Below, piece after piece: positions 19,165-28,336 of a DNA stretch of 53,389 bases; position 1 is the stretch's first letter; each line of letters begins with the position of its first letter. The notes under the pieces were generated by a model. That model ran no database searches and was not told the origin of the DNA. It was given only the letters and a program-made list of their open reading frames with translations. The stretch covers positions 1 through 53,389 of the IMG/VR virus record IMGVR_UViG_3300038315_000297; one strand, given 5' to 3'. The translations under genes were made by a program, and so were the position numbers. This DNA comes from a virus. Its lineage: Duplodnaviria; Caudoviricetes.

Positions 19165-22100
19165 TGTCTAAACAACAAGATGCAATAGATTGCGCAAATA
19201 CTAACTTCTTGAAAGGTGTAGCTGAAGAAGATTGGATTTTCTATAAATCTAGGATAAAGAGCTCCCTAAATACTAGAAAGATGGTAGGTGAACCACGCGA
19301 CAGCTCTCATCTGTTTACTGGGAACAAAAAGAAACAAGAACAAAGAAGGTACGTCTGGCACAAGAGATTATATGATTCTATATACTCAACTCTTGTTGAG
19401 CTAGGTAGCCTTGATGGATTTAGGTCTACTGATCCTATTATTGAGTACCTTGATATGCTTGGGGATGCTTATCAGAAACAGTTCAATGAACCTATTGTAG
19501 ATTTTAATTCTATGGGGCCTAGTAGGGTGGTGTCTATGTCAGTTTGGTATCATAGAACTCTCAAGCAGGGAAGAGTAGGTATTACTGGACGGCATCATAA
19601 TCCTAATGCTCCTCTTACTGCATGGGAAAGGATGCTGATAGAGCCGTCAAGACTTGTGCTATCTAGGGATAAAGAGGGGTATGTATATAATCTAGTTAAT
19701 AAACTGAAGTCATTCTCTGATCTTGTTCAAGGTAAATCTTCTAGTTATAAGAGGAAGATTATTGGCATACAGACGAAATTACAGTCTGCTGTTCAAGATA
19801 ATTTTACCTACGATCAGTTAAATGATTATCTTTTTGAGGGGTTGGGAGATCATAGCAAATACATATTTACAACTGATAGTAAACCGATAAGAATAGTTGG
19901 TATAGATAATGAGTCATACCATGTCAGATTTATTGAGACTGATGAACTCAATCGTGTAAGTGAAAGTGATGTGCAAGTAATCCCTAGAACAAGAGTAGAC
20001 TTCGGGGAAGGTGATATATCAGAGTTTGTTAGTCAGTCGTTCCATAAATTTTACAAGGGAGTACTGGCGGGAAGAGTAAGATATATAGTACCTAAACATA
20101 TCCCGTCTGATCCAAAGGAGTTTGCAAAGTTTCGAGGGTCGCCTGCAGGTAAGTTTATTACTAGCATCTTAGAAGATGTAAAGAAACAACAAGAAATAAA
20201 CGAGGCTGAGGATGAGACTCTTGTACACGATAAGATTCATAGAGTAACGGATCAGAGTGGAGATGTGTTTCATTATATAATGTATAAGGAAGGGGAAGGT
20301 GGTGCTAATGAGAAGTATAGTGCATACATAGTAAAAGTTGTGAGCCCTGATGGCACATCAACATCATTTGTTAAAACGGGAAAGGTAGGCACAGAGACAG
20401 CGTTTAGTGGTGAAGAGGGGACTAGAGCTTTAGAAGATATTATTCCAGAGGGATGGTACAAGGCTCAGGGGTGGGATTTATTCCAAAGACGTAGATTGCT
20501 GGGTCGAAAGAAAGATAAAAGCCCTATATATAGTGACATGGGTAATTACAGAGCTTATCACAGATTTAATGAAAGAGTAAGAGTTCCGAGGGAACTTGAA
20601 TCACATCTATGGGATGCTGTACAAGAAAGGAGGGGAATCAATAAAGATTTTTGGAAGGAAAGTAATAAATGGATTAAGAGGATCAGGGGTAGGCTTGAAG
20701 CTATGTCCAGAAGGCTTGAGAAGAAAATGACAAATGAGGGGTATACCGATGAAGAGATAGGAGCGTTACTGGATGAAGCTATGTCTGTGGGTGGGTATAG
20801 AACAAATGTTTATAGAGACCCAAATACGGGTGTTATAAAAACTACGCTAGATTTTATTGAGCCGAAGGCATCGAACTATGATCCAAATCAATTTTATGAA
20901 GGTGATTATGAAGATGAGGCTGGGCAGAGACTCGATGATGCAAAAGAAGTTATAGGTATAATAGAAGAAGAGCTGGAGGAAGATGATTATGATTCCGCGG
21001 AGACAAGAGATGCTGTTGAGGCTGACTTAGCTGAGTGGAAGGCAGTAGAATTTGGAATAGAGAGAACTCTTAGAAGGATTGCTGGTGCCCCTGTTTCCAG
21101 TATGGAGAGCCCAGAGGATATAGATATAATTAATAAGCCTGTACACTTCAAACATATTGGCACTATGATGGATCATACAAAGAGAAGAGAAGATGCACAG
21201 GTAGATAATAACTACTTCGATAGGACAATAACTGCCCTACAGATGAATGAAATTAAAGTACAGTTATTACAATCTCTCTTATATACAACAGACAATAAAA
21301 CATTAAGTGATTATCTTATAAGGATGACTAAGGTAGCATTTGGTGAGTCTAATTATAAGTCTGATGTTATAGACAATGAAGGGATGGCTAATTTTCTCAA
21401 TAAAATTATTCCTAAAGCAATAAGGGAAGGAAGGCTGGGTGAAAATAAAGACTACACGCCAGATGATGTACAATTTTATACAACCTTTAACAACTTAATA
21501 TATACATCAAAGTTCCTTAATTGGTGGTCTGCTCTCCAGAATAATTTTCAGAGATTAAATGTATTTGTACATTTTGGATGGGAAATATCAAAAGAGTCTT
21601 TCAAGCTAAACGATCCAAAACATCCTCAGTATAAAAAGTTTAGAGAGGCTGTGGAAGAAACAGGAGTTCTTGAGCTTCTTAGCGCATTTAATGAAATGCT
21701 TATGGGTATGCATAGTGCCGATCCAACTTTTAGAGACCTCGCAATGGTTAGAAGAAAGGAAGCGTTAGCATTCCTCAATCTATCTAGAAGAAAGTTCATA
21801 GATGGAAAGGGTATGAAAAATATTGACTATGCAATAAGACGTGCTTCTGGATTAGGTGTAGGACAACAGGATTTAGTAAGATTTAAAAGACTAAAGGGTC
21901 TTTACTGGGATATTGTATCTCCTAATAGTACTATGGATAAAGCTCTCGTAGAAGATAGATTGAAGAAAATTATGAGAGGTATTAGTAAGTCTCAACTGAG
22001 AAGAGCAGCCTTCTTCACGTTGAAATGGTTTCCGCCTCCTATTAAGGCTGGGCAAGGTTATCTAACATTTTCTGGCGTTGAAGAAAACCTGAGAGCTGAG

Positions 22101-22820
22101 ACAGCTATCGCAGCAATGTTAGTAGCAGATAGAATGGGTTATCTACCAAAAGGTGAAGGTAGATTCACCAGTCCAGAGGCTATTAGTATAGGTAGAAACG
22201 CAGTATATAATTTACAGTTTGGAATGAGCCCTCAGTTCCATACTACTGCATTTGGTGGGCCAATGAAAGGTGTGATGCAGTTTAAAGGATACACATATTT
22301 TCAACATCTTCACGATAAAAAAATAGTGGAGAACATGATAAACTCTACGAGAGGACAGAGTTTAGGTGATGTGGGTCAGAGGGCAGTAGATGCTGTACAA
22401 AGACTTGGGCAGAAGGGAAAAAGAAGGCATAAAGGTGATATAGAGCTTGCAAAGATGGCTAGGTTTGCTTCTACTAGGGTGATTGCATCAGGATTGGGTG
22501 TATTTGTACAGTTTTTTAAGTCACCAGCATATCAGGCCGCAAAATTTTTAAAACAAGTTAGTAATGTTGGAATGCTTACAGGAAGACCTTTAGGTACTAT
22601 GTTTAGAGGTGGGGAGTCACCTGTACTTGGACTAATCTTCAGAGCAATGTATTACTTCACACTGTTTGGTATTTATGCTGATGAAGATGATGATGATAGT
22701 TTTATGAGAGATATGAGAAGACTGTTCTTTCCACCATTTATATCATATTGGATAGAAATGTTTATCACCGCCAAAGATGAAAAACTTTGGTGGCAACAGT
22801 ATATTGATCCCCCTTATTAA
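19164..22820 (+). CDS. Large putative internal virion / ejection protein
   Basis: 1218 aa, translationally coupled (TAATG) to the RNAP gene, with hydrophobic C-terminal segments. Last gene of the late block. Confidence 0.55.
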   Translation: MSKQQDAIDCANTNFLKGVAEEDWIFYKSRIKSSLNTRKMVGEPRDSSHLFTGNKKKQEQRRYVWHKRLYDSIYSTLVELGSLDGFRSTDPIIEYLDMLGDAYQKQFNEPIVDFNSMGPSRVVSMSVWYHRTLKQGRVGITGRHHNPNAPLTAWERMLIEPSRLVLSRDKEGYVYNLVNKLKSFSDLVQGKSSSYKRKIIGIQTKLQSAVQDNFTYDQLNDYLFEGLGDHSKYIFTTDSKPIRIVGIDNESYHVRFIETDELNRVSESDVQVIPRTRVDFGEGDISEFVSQSFHKFYKGVLAGRVRYIVPKHIPSDPKEFAKFRGSPAGKFITSILEDVKKQQEINEAEDETLVHDKIHRVTDQSGDVFHYIMYKEGEGGANEKYSAYIVKVVSPDGTSTSFVKTGKVGTETAFSGEEGTRALEDIIPEGWYKAQGWDLFQRRRLLGRKKDKSPIYSDMGNYRAYHRFNERVRVPRELESHLWDAVQERRGINKDFWKESNKWIKRIRGRLEAMSRRLEKKMTNEGYTDEEIGALLDEAMSVGGYRTNVYRDPNTGVIKTTLDFIEPKASNYDPNQFYEGDYEDEAGQRLDDAKEVIGIIEEELEEDDYDSAETRDAVEADLAEWKAVEFGIERTLRRIAGAPVSSMESPEDIDIINKPVHFKHIGTMMDHTKRREDAQVDNNYFDRTITALQMNEIKVQLLQSLLYTTDNKTLSDYLIRMTKVAFGESNYKSDVIDNEGMANFLNKIIPKAIREGRLGENKDYTPDDVQFYTTFNNLIYTSKFLNWWSALQNNFQRLNVFVHFGWEISKESFKLNDPKHPQYKKFREAVEETGVLELLSAFNEMLMGMHSADPTFRDLAMVRRKEALAFLNLSRRKFIDGKGMKNIDYAIRRASGLGVGQQDLVRFKRLKGLYWDIVSPNSTMDKALVEDRLKKIMRGISKSQLRRAAFFTLKWFPPPIKAGQGYLTFSGVEENLRAETAIAAMLVADRMGYLPKGEGRFTSPEAISIGRNAVYNLQFGMSPQFHTTAFGGPMKGVMQFKGYTYFQHLHDKKIVENMINSTRGQSLGDVGQRAVDAVQRLGQKGKRRHKGDIELAKMARFASTRVIASGLGVFVQFFKSPAYQAAKFLKQVSNVGMLTGRPLGTMFRGGESPVLGLIFRAMYYFTLFGIYADEDDDDSFMRDMRRLFFPPFISYWIEMFITAKDEKLWWQQYIDPPY

Positions 22821-23023
22821 AATCCTAAAGTAATAGTGATGAACGGCCTAAATATTTTAATATTTAATGCTACTGTATGGGAAGATAGGGTAATTGATAT
22901 GCTTGCTGGCCATAGATTTATTGTTATATGATACTGTGTTCCTAGTAAGACTGATTTAGATACTCTTATCCTTGAGTATTTACTTCCAATACTAAATAGA
23001 ACTTCCATTTTTGTATTAAACAT
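22817..23023 (-). CDS. Hypothetical protein (beta-rich, C-terminal Phe)
   Basis: 68-aa ORF with an upstream SD (AAAGGAG). Last gene of the minus block; its stop codon overlaps that of the convergent gene. Confidence 0.55.
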   Translation of the reverse strand: MFNTKMEVLFSIGSKYSRIRVSKSVLLGTQYHITINLWPASISITLSSHTVALNIKIFRPFITITLGF

Positions 23024-23055
23024 AAGATTTCTCCTTTAGATTTTGCTGGCCACAC

Positions 23056-23553
23056 CTAGTCTGAAAGGAGATTCAAATAACTATACTGACATATCAGTAT
23101 AGCATCAGATGTAGCCAGCGTTACCTTTTTATTTTTAGTTTGAAATGCATCAGAGGCTAAACTTTTTAAGTATCTCTTCCTTTTTGCCTTACTTTCAAAG
23201 GCGGAAGGTGTACTTATGTATGACTTTTGCCATACTTGTGGACTTATAAAGGTCACGTCCATATTCATAGTGCCAAATATCCCGATCCACGTACCATAAT
23301 TTGTACCAAATTTAAATAGGGAACTTCTTCCATCGTGGGGCATTGCGTGGACTTGTTCAATTGTAACCAAAATTCTTCTTTTAGGGATTCCTTCAATGCT
23401 GAAATGTCGCACTATTCGTCTGACGGAATTTGCCATCTCTCTAGCACCACTTGGGGTTTTCGACCAATTCATCTCATTTCCATCATACCAGGCGATCCCA
23501 CCGCCCATACCAGGGTCTATACTGATTACTGTCTCTTTCTCTATATCGTGCAT
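23056..23553 (-). CDS. RuvC-like Holliday junction resolvase
   Basis: RNase H-fold catalytic motifs ISIDPGMGGGIA, TIEQVHAMP, FKFGTNYG, SPQVWQK and SDAILI. Confidence 0.85.
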   Translation of the reverse strand: MHDIEKETVISIDPGMGGGIAWYDGNEMNWSKTPSGAREMANSVRRIVRHFSIEGIPKRRILVTIEQVHAMPHDGRSSLFKFGTNYGTWIGIFGTMNMDVTFISPQVWQKSYISTPSAFESKAKRKRYLKSLASDAFQTKNKKVTLATSDAILICQYSYLNLLSD

Positions 23554-23747
23554 TATTTTAATCCAAATAGTGATTTAGACTCCATGTCTTTTGGATAGAG
23601 TTTACCTGTCTTACCTCTTGTTCCGTAATATTCTCTTATACAACAGGATTTACAGACAACTCCTACATATGTCTTTGTATAAGACGATGTGAAGTCATAA
23701 TGTTCAGAATATGATTGCTTACTACACATTCGGCACCTCCTTATCAT
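23553..23747 (-). CDS. Small zinc-finger protein
   Basis: CRMC...CKSC pairs. The start is uncertain (23747 or 23729; the ORF track extends to 23831). It overlaps the 3' end of dnaB. Confidence 0.5.
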   Translation of the reverse strand: MIRRCRMCSKQSYSEHYDFTSSYTKTYVGVVCKSCCIREYYGTRGKTGKLYPKDMESKSLFGLK

Positions 23748-25095
23748 TCTCCTTCTTTCCTTTAGGAATTGTATTTTGGGTCTCATCTGCGGCTTGCTCT
23801 CTCGATGAATAGAATTTACATCTATCACCATTAAAGCCAGCCTGGTATGTAGCTACCCTTCCATATCTGGCCTTTCCTACTATGATTTCTGACTCATACC
23901 TGTCAAATCTATTGCTATCATAGTTATAACCATAGAAAACGAACATAGCTGTCTCTGCTGTTTGCTCTATTGATCCTGATTCAGCATAATCACTCATCAT
24001 AGGTCTAGGCTCTATTCTCCTCTCGATTTCTCTATTTAACTGACTTACTAGTATAGCCGAACAATTCATCTTCTTACATATCCATTTATAGTCTTGTAGA
24101 ATTTGCTCTATTTCGAATCTTCTCGCTTCAGCTCCTATTACCTGTATTAACTGTATAAAGTCGTCTAATATCACGTCTGGCTTGTGTCTACGTACCTCTC
24201 TCATTGTATCCTCTAGTCTTCTTACATCATCATATAGCATGAGATTGCTATATTTCTCAGAAAACGCACCGAATATATCAGATACTTCTTCTTCATCTTC
24301 TTTAGACAGGTCTCCATGTCTGACATTTGTATAAGATAGACTATTACTTTCAAGAACAATCAACTTCTTTATCATCTCTACATTGCTCATCTCTCTATTA
24401 AATACCATAACCTTTCTGCCAGCTTCGATCAACTTCTTGATGATATTAATCATGAATGTGGTCTTGCCGTGACCTGGCCTACCACCTAATACAGTTATCT
24501 CTTTTCTCGTCATTCCACCAGCTATATGATCTAACATAGGCCAGTTAAAACTAATCATATTACCTTTGTCCTTTATACTCTTTTGAGCTTCCTTAGCTAT
24601 TGATTCTATGTTAAGACTCTTGTCTGGTTGAAAATCAATTAGCTCTTCTATAAATTTTCTGTGTTTTTCTAGTAAGAATCCAAGTCTCTGATTATCATCA
24701 AATGATTCGTCATATAGTTTCCATGAACTTTCTATGACCTGTCTCTGTACATATTTTTCCCATATTATTCGTGCATATGAATATGCATTTGATTGTATTC
24801 CCGCATCTAGTAGTCCTGTAACAAAGTATGCTAAGTCTCCGCATGTATCTCTATTCCACTTCTTTCTAGCTTCATTTATTAATGTAACTGTGTCTATCGG
24901 TGCTTTTGATCTCGATAGTCTCTTAAGTGCCTGCCAGCATGATTTTGTATCTGAATGGTAAAATGCATCATCATCTATTATCCATATAGAAGCTTTCTCA
25001 TAAGAATCCTGACCTCCTTGAATAATTGAGGAAATCAGAGCTTCTTCCGCTTCTCTACTTGCTGGACTGACTTTCATTTCTTTGACATTTTCCAT
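23722..25095 (-). CDS. dnaB: Replicative DNA helicase, DnaB family
   Basis: N-terminal PASREAEEALISSII, Walker A GGRPGHGKT, FNREMS, Walker B ILDDFIQLI, SQLNREIERR, SGSIEQTA and KARYG. Confidence 0.95.
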   Translation of the reverse strand: MENVKEMKVSPASREAEEALISSIIQGGQDSYEKASIWIIDDDAFYHSDTKSCWQALKRLSRSKAPIDTVTLINEARKKWNRDTCGDLAYFVTGLLDAGIQSNAYSYARIIWEKYVQRQVIESSWKLYDESFDDNQRLGFLLEKHRKFIEELIDFQPDKSLNIESIAKEAQKSIKDKGNMISFNWPMLDHIAGGMTRKEITVLGGRPGHGKTTFMINIIKKLIEAGRKVMVFNREMSNVEMIKKLIVLESNSLSYTNVRHGDLSKEDEEEVSDIFGAFSEKYSNLMLYDDVRRLEDTMREVRRHKPDVILDDFIQLIQVIGAEARRFEIEQILQDYKWICKKMNCSAILVSQLNREIERRIEPRPMMSDYAESGSIEQTAETAMFVFYGYNYDSNRFDRYESEIIVGKARYGRVATYQAGFNGDRCKFYSSREQAADETQNTIPKGKKENDKEVPNV

Positions 25096-25106
25096 ATTTG
25101 CTCTCC

Positions 25107-25940
25107 TTATAGATTTAGGGTTTCCTGTGTAACTGTCTCATAGTTCGTTATGAGAAGTTCCTCGAATAGTTTTTCTCTAGATTCTGTCGCTCCAGCATAC
25201 TTTGTTTTAACTACCTGTATATTATATTGCTTGTAAGATTCTTTTATCCATTCATCACTATCATAGCTAATCATGAACTTTGCTCCACTGCTATCTATAA
25301 TGTCAGCTATATCTTTTAAGTCTTCATGGTCTTTCTCTGTAAATCCGTGGTAATAATAATCACCTCTCTTAGATACCACATAGGGTGGGTCTAGATACCA
25401 GCAATCGTTTTGTCTTGGATAGTATTTTTCTGCAAGTAATCTAAAGTCCATATTTTCTATAGTAACTCCATCAAAATATGTTCTACTGTGTTTCAGCTCT
25501 TCTGTTAATTGATCTCCCCAATCCTTCTTTGGTTGCTTAGAGAAGGCACCGTGAACACTTTTATTGAAGGCAGTTCTTATTAAGTAAAAGTATCTCGCAG
25601 CCCTTCTAGGATCAGGAATATCTATTGTTTTCCCAGAATGAATCTCTTTCCTTATCTCATCGAATAAGGTACGACTTCTAGGATACCAATATATATATGA
25701 TGCTAATTCATTAAATCTTTCTACTACACAAATATATAGATTAACAACATCATTATCAAAGTCATTCACCACATTCCATTCTACCTTCTTCTTTCTGAAG
25801 AACATAGACAGTCCGCCAGCAAACATTTCTATATACCTTGTATGAGGGGGAAGCATAGGAACCAGTTTTCTACTCAGTTCAAACTTCCCCCCCAAATATG
25901 GTATAATGACAGGACATCTCTGCCATTCGGAAGTACTCAT
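25107..25940 (-). CDS. DNA adenine methyltransferase (Dam/D12 class)
   Basis: YLGGK, YIEMFAGG (motif I), VNDFD, YLDPPY (motif IV), KFMISY and ELLITNY. Confidence 0.92.
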   Translation of the reverse strand: MSTSEWQRCPVIIPYLGGKFELSRKLVPMLPPHTRYIEMFAGGLSMFFRKKKVEWNVVNDFDNDVVNLYICVVERFNELASYIYWYPRSRTLFDEIRKEIHSGKTIDIPDPRRAARYFYLIRTAFNKSVHGAFSKQPKKDWGDQLTEELKHSRTYFDGVTIENMDFRLLAEKYYPRQNDCWYLDPPYVVSKRGDYYYHGFTEKDHEDLKDIADIIDSSGAKFMISYDSDEWIKESYKQYNIQVVKTKYAGATESREKLFEELLITNYETVTQETLNL

Positions 25941-26710
25941 GCCTGGGCTATTTCTTCATTTGCCCACTTTTTGATCTTAGGATATATAGTACTCTCCAAT
26001 TTGAAGGTACTTTCCTGTGATCTGTTCATGGCATGGGTAGTTACCCAAGTACAGGCATTAAGTAAATCCCAATATGTCTTAATCTCTTTTGCAGCGAGAT
26101 AATTGACTAATTGTTCTATAACCTGTTGTGGGAACATCTCTACAACTTTAGAGATATTATTTTTGTTTTTCAGTTCAGTACTAATCAAGTATCCTAGTTC
26201 ATTTTGTATTACGTCTTTAGTAAATGATACCATATCATAGATAATCTCTGGGAGCTTATCCAGATTAGGATTGTATATGCTATGTCGATTAGAGTTGTAT
26301 CCTATTGTATTACCAATGACCATACCATTAGAACATATTTGTCTCCACAGTCCAGCAAGAAGACTTACCTGTGTTGATCCATCATAACTGTTCTTAATGA
26401 GGATTTCGGGATTGATGAAGTCTCCCTTCTTTACTTCAACACTATCTGGAAACTTCCATTTCCATACAGTTCTGGCTCCACCACCAAATGTCCTTACTTC
26501 TGACATTGTGGCTTTTGCCTCTTTCATGATATTGTAGGAAGCATCAATTACTTCTTGATTTGTTACTAATTTGTATTCCTTTGTCATGCAACTTAGTACT
26601 TGTGATGTATCGCATCTTACTATGAACTTGTAGTCCGTTGAATTAGTCAGTCCTTCTGTCTCAATTGGCACTTCTGTCACAGGGAAGTTTCCCATACTAT
26701 ACTTCATCAT
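25937..26710 (-). CDS. DUF932/DUF945-family protein
   Basis: YKLVTNQEV, IKNSYDGS, GLWRQICSNGMVIG and TYWDLLNACT. Confidence 0.8.
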   Translation of the reverse strand: MMKYSMGNFPVTEVPIETEGLTNSTDYKFIVRCDTSQVLSCMTKEYKLVTNQEVIDASYNIMKEAKATMSEVRTFGGGARTVWKWKFPDSVEVKKGDFINPEILIKNSYDGSTQVSLLAGLWRQICSNGMVIGNTIGYNSNRHSIYNPNLDKLPEIIYDMVSFTKDVIQNELGYLISTELKNKNNISKVVEMFPQQVIEQLVNYLAAKEIKTYWDLLNACTWVTTHAMNRSQESTFKLESTIYPKIKKWANEEIAQA

Positions 26711-27119
26711 CTTTCTCCTTTATTTTGGTTATCGGTGGTGGAGAGCCATATCTCAGGCGCTCATACGCTTTTAGCTTATCTCTATCGAGATTATGTCTAT
26801 CTATTATGCCAGCAAGGTAGTTATATCCCTTACCTTCATATCGAAATTCTTTTGAGAGATATAGATTTACTCCCCATGTTATCTTGTCATCTTCTACTCC
26901 ATCTATTCTTTCAAGAAACTTTAGAAAAGACATCTTATCACTATCTGATGGAATACTTCTAGATATTGCTTTGTGAAGCTTTTTTAGAAGTTTCCTAAGT
27001 CCATCATTTCTCGGGGAAAGCAGTTCTATTATTCTCTTTGAAGAGTCATATCTGCCAGTAGACCTAATATGCACTCCCTCTATCAATTCACCACATTTGG
27101 GACATTTAAATGACATCAA
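26697..27119 (-). CDS. Hypothetical protein, possible DnaD-like replication protein with a CxxC N-terminus
   Basis: N-terminal CPKC. C-terminal KGYNYLAGII resembles the YxxxI motif of DnaD-type domains. It lies upstream of dnaB. Confidence 0.4.
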   Translation of the reverse strand: MMSFKCPKCGELIEGVHIRSTGRYDSSKRIIELLSPRNDGLRKLLKKLHKAISRSIPSDSDKMSFLKFLERIDGVEDDKITWGVNLYLSKEFRYEGKGYNYLAGIIDRHNLDRDKLKAYERLRYGSPPPITKIKEKDDEV

Positions 27120-27310
27120 TCATCCCACTTATTAATAGCTTCTTCATGTGGCGGATAGATGCCCAGTTCTTCTAGATGTTCCTGAGCTGCTATTATTTCA
27201 TCGGCACACTGTTCTGCATAAGACCAGTCTAGAACATCTGTCATATATTCTACGAGCTGATCTCTAGCCCTTTTTGCCGCTAAGTATTGTATCCACGCTG
27301 AATGACCCAT
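27116..27310 (-). CDS. Hypothetical protein
   Basis: 64-aa ORF with SD GGAGG and ATGA-type coupling to the next gene. Confidence 0.6.
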   Translation of the reverse strand: MGHSAWIQYLAAKRARDQLVEYMTDVLDWSYAEQCADEIIAAQEHLEELGIYPPHEEAINKWDD

Positions 27311-27548
27311 AAGAGCCTCCTTTTTTTCTTACCTTTTTAACCATTGCGCCAGGCGCAATATTCATCTTTTTCTTATAATAGAAATTTCTTAATTCTTTAT
27401 CTGTCTCGGGGAATCCACTATCGAACTTTGGTACTTTGTACCAGTATACTTTTGCAAAGCCTACAGAGAGTGAGAGAAGAACACCTCTCATTCCTCTTAC
27501 TTCAAAGTTATCACCAACCTTTAAAGTGTGAAGCTCTATTAGCTTCAC
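27264..27548 (-). CDS. Hypothetical protein
   Basis: 94-aa ORF (GTG start) coupled within the minus-strand operon. Confidence 0.55.
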   Translation of the reverse strand: MKLIELHTLKVGDNFEVRGMRGVLLSLSVGFAKVYWYKVPKFDSGFPETDKELRNFYYKKKMNIAPGAMVKKVRKKGGSYGSFSVDTILSGKKG

Positions 27549-27763
27549 TAATCACAGTCGTAGCAGAGTGGGCCCAGTCGACCCTCAGCTCTATCTTTTA
27601 GAGCCTCACCTTTTGCTTCTTTATAGTCTTCGATAATTTGTTTAAAATCTTTTTCTAGAGAACTGACGTGTGGATCATGTGCCTTATGTTCTGAGTTATC
27701 TAGCAAATTGTGGATTATATTTAATTCCAATTCATTTAGTTTCACTACTGTTACTCCATCCAT
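27548..27763 (-). CDS. Hypothetical protein
   Basis: 71-aa ORF with SD AAGGAG. Confidence 0.6.
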   Translation of the reverse strand: MDGVTVVKLNELELNIIHNLLDNSEHKAHDPHVSSLEKDFKQIIEDYKEAKGEALKDRAEGRLGPLCYDCD

Positions 27764-27807
27764 TTTTATTGCTCCTTATATTAAGGTTACTATTAGAGAC
27801 ACCAAGA

Positions 27808-27871
27808 GGAGAGCAGCTCAGATGAGAAGAGATTGAGAAGGGTCACGATAGAGGTTAGCGAGCCGCTCTCC
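27808..27871 (-). other. Intergenic RNA stem-loop with a 40-nt pyrimidine-rich loop
   Basis: On the minus strand GGAGAGCGGCTC pairs with GAGCTGCTCTCC (12 bp including one G-U). Confidence 0.5.
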
Positions 27872-27892
27872 CCTTAACAGAATATACTTATC

Positions 27893-28150
27893 CTAATCCC
27901 AAATATCAAGCTGAGATTCGTCCACAGGGTTCCATTTGAAGTCATTGAGAGTATATTTACTCCCATCGTATTTGCTAATGAACTCTTTAGTATGCAGACT
28001 ACTTGGATCAATTAAAGTTGAGAAAGGAATCTTCATAAATTTATCATCATGTTCTATGAGCAAATCTTCTCTTTTATTTGCACATTTCTTGACAACATAG
28101 TCTCGCACAGAGACATATCCATTAAACACCTTTTTTACTTTTACTCTCAT
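27893..28150 (-). CDS. Hypothetical phage protein
   Basis: Start MRVKVKK at 28150 has an upstream GAGGAG/AAGGTG SD (the ORF track extends to 28204). Confidence 0.6.
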   Translation of the reverse strand: MRVKVKKVFNGYVSVRDYVVKKCANKREDLLIEHDDKFMKIPFSTLIDPSSLHTKEFISKYDGSKYTLNDFKWNPVDESQLDIWD

Positions 28151-28232
28151 CACCTTTCTCCTCTTTTCTACATTTAGGGCATTTTTCACCCTTGTAGTAT
28201 CCATGTCTTGAACATATTCCAGATATTTTCAT
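28122..28232 (-). CDS. 36-aa zinc-binding mini-protein (not in ORF track)
   Basis: MKISGICSRHGYYKGEKCPKCRKEEKGDESKSKKGV, with CxxH...CxxC ligands and SD AAGGAG, immediately downstream of the tRNA. Confidence 0.55.
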   Translation of the reverse strand: MKISGICSRHGYYKGEKCPKCRKEEKGDESKSKKGV

Positions 28233-28250
28233 ACTATTCTCCTTAATTTG

Positions 28251-28322
28251 CTGGGACGGTAGGACTCGAACCTACATCCTCTCGGTTAACAGCCGAGTGT
28301 CTTGCCATTAGACCACATCCCA
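28251..28322 (-). tRNA. tRNA-Asn(GTT)
   Basis: Full cloverleaf: acceptor TGGGATG/CGTCCCA, D-stem GTCT/AGAC, anticodon arm CTCGG-CTGTTAA-CCGAG, T-arm GTAGG-TTCGAGT-CCTAC and discriminator G. CCA is not encoded. Confidence 0.95.
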
Positions 28323-28336
28323 GTGGCGAGGTAGGG

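Noticed and set aside
133-20461. Numerous minus-strand ORFs opposite the tail, ejection and RNAP genes
   Set aside because: They are S/F/L-rich antisense shadows of long plus-strand genes, with no recognisable motifs.
25107-25940. Restriction-modification system
   Set aside because: No cognate endonuclease is adjacent. Orphan methyltransferases are common in phages, and the target site cannot be read from the sequence.
28251-28322. tRNA as a prophage attachment site
   Set aside because: No integrase, repressor or host genes are in the window, and the tRNA is flanked by phage genes on both sides.
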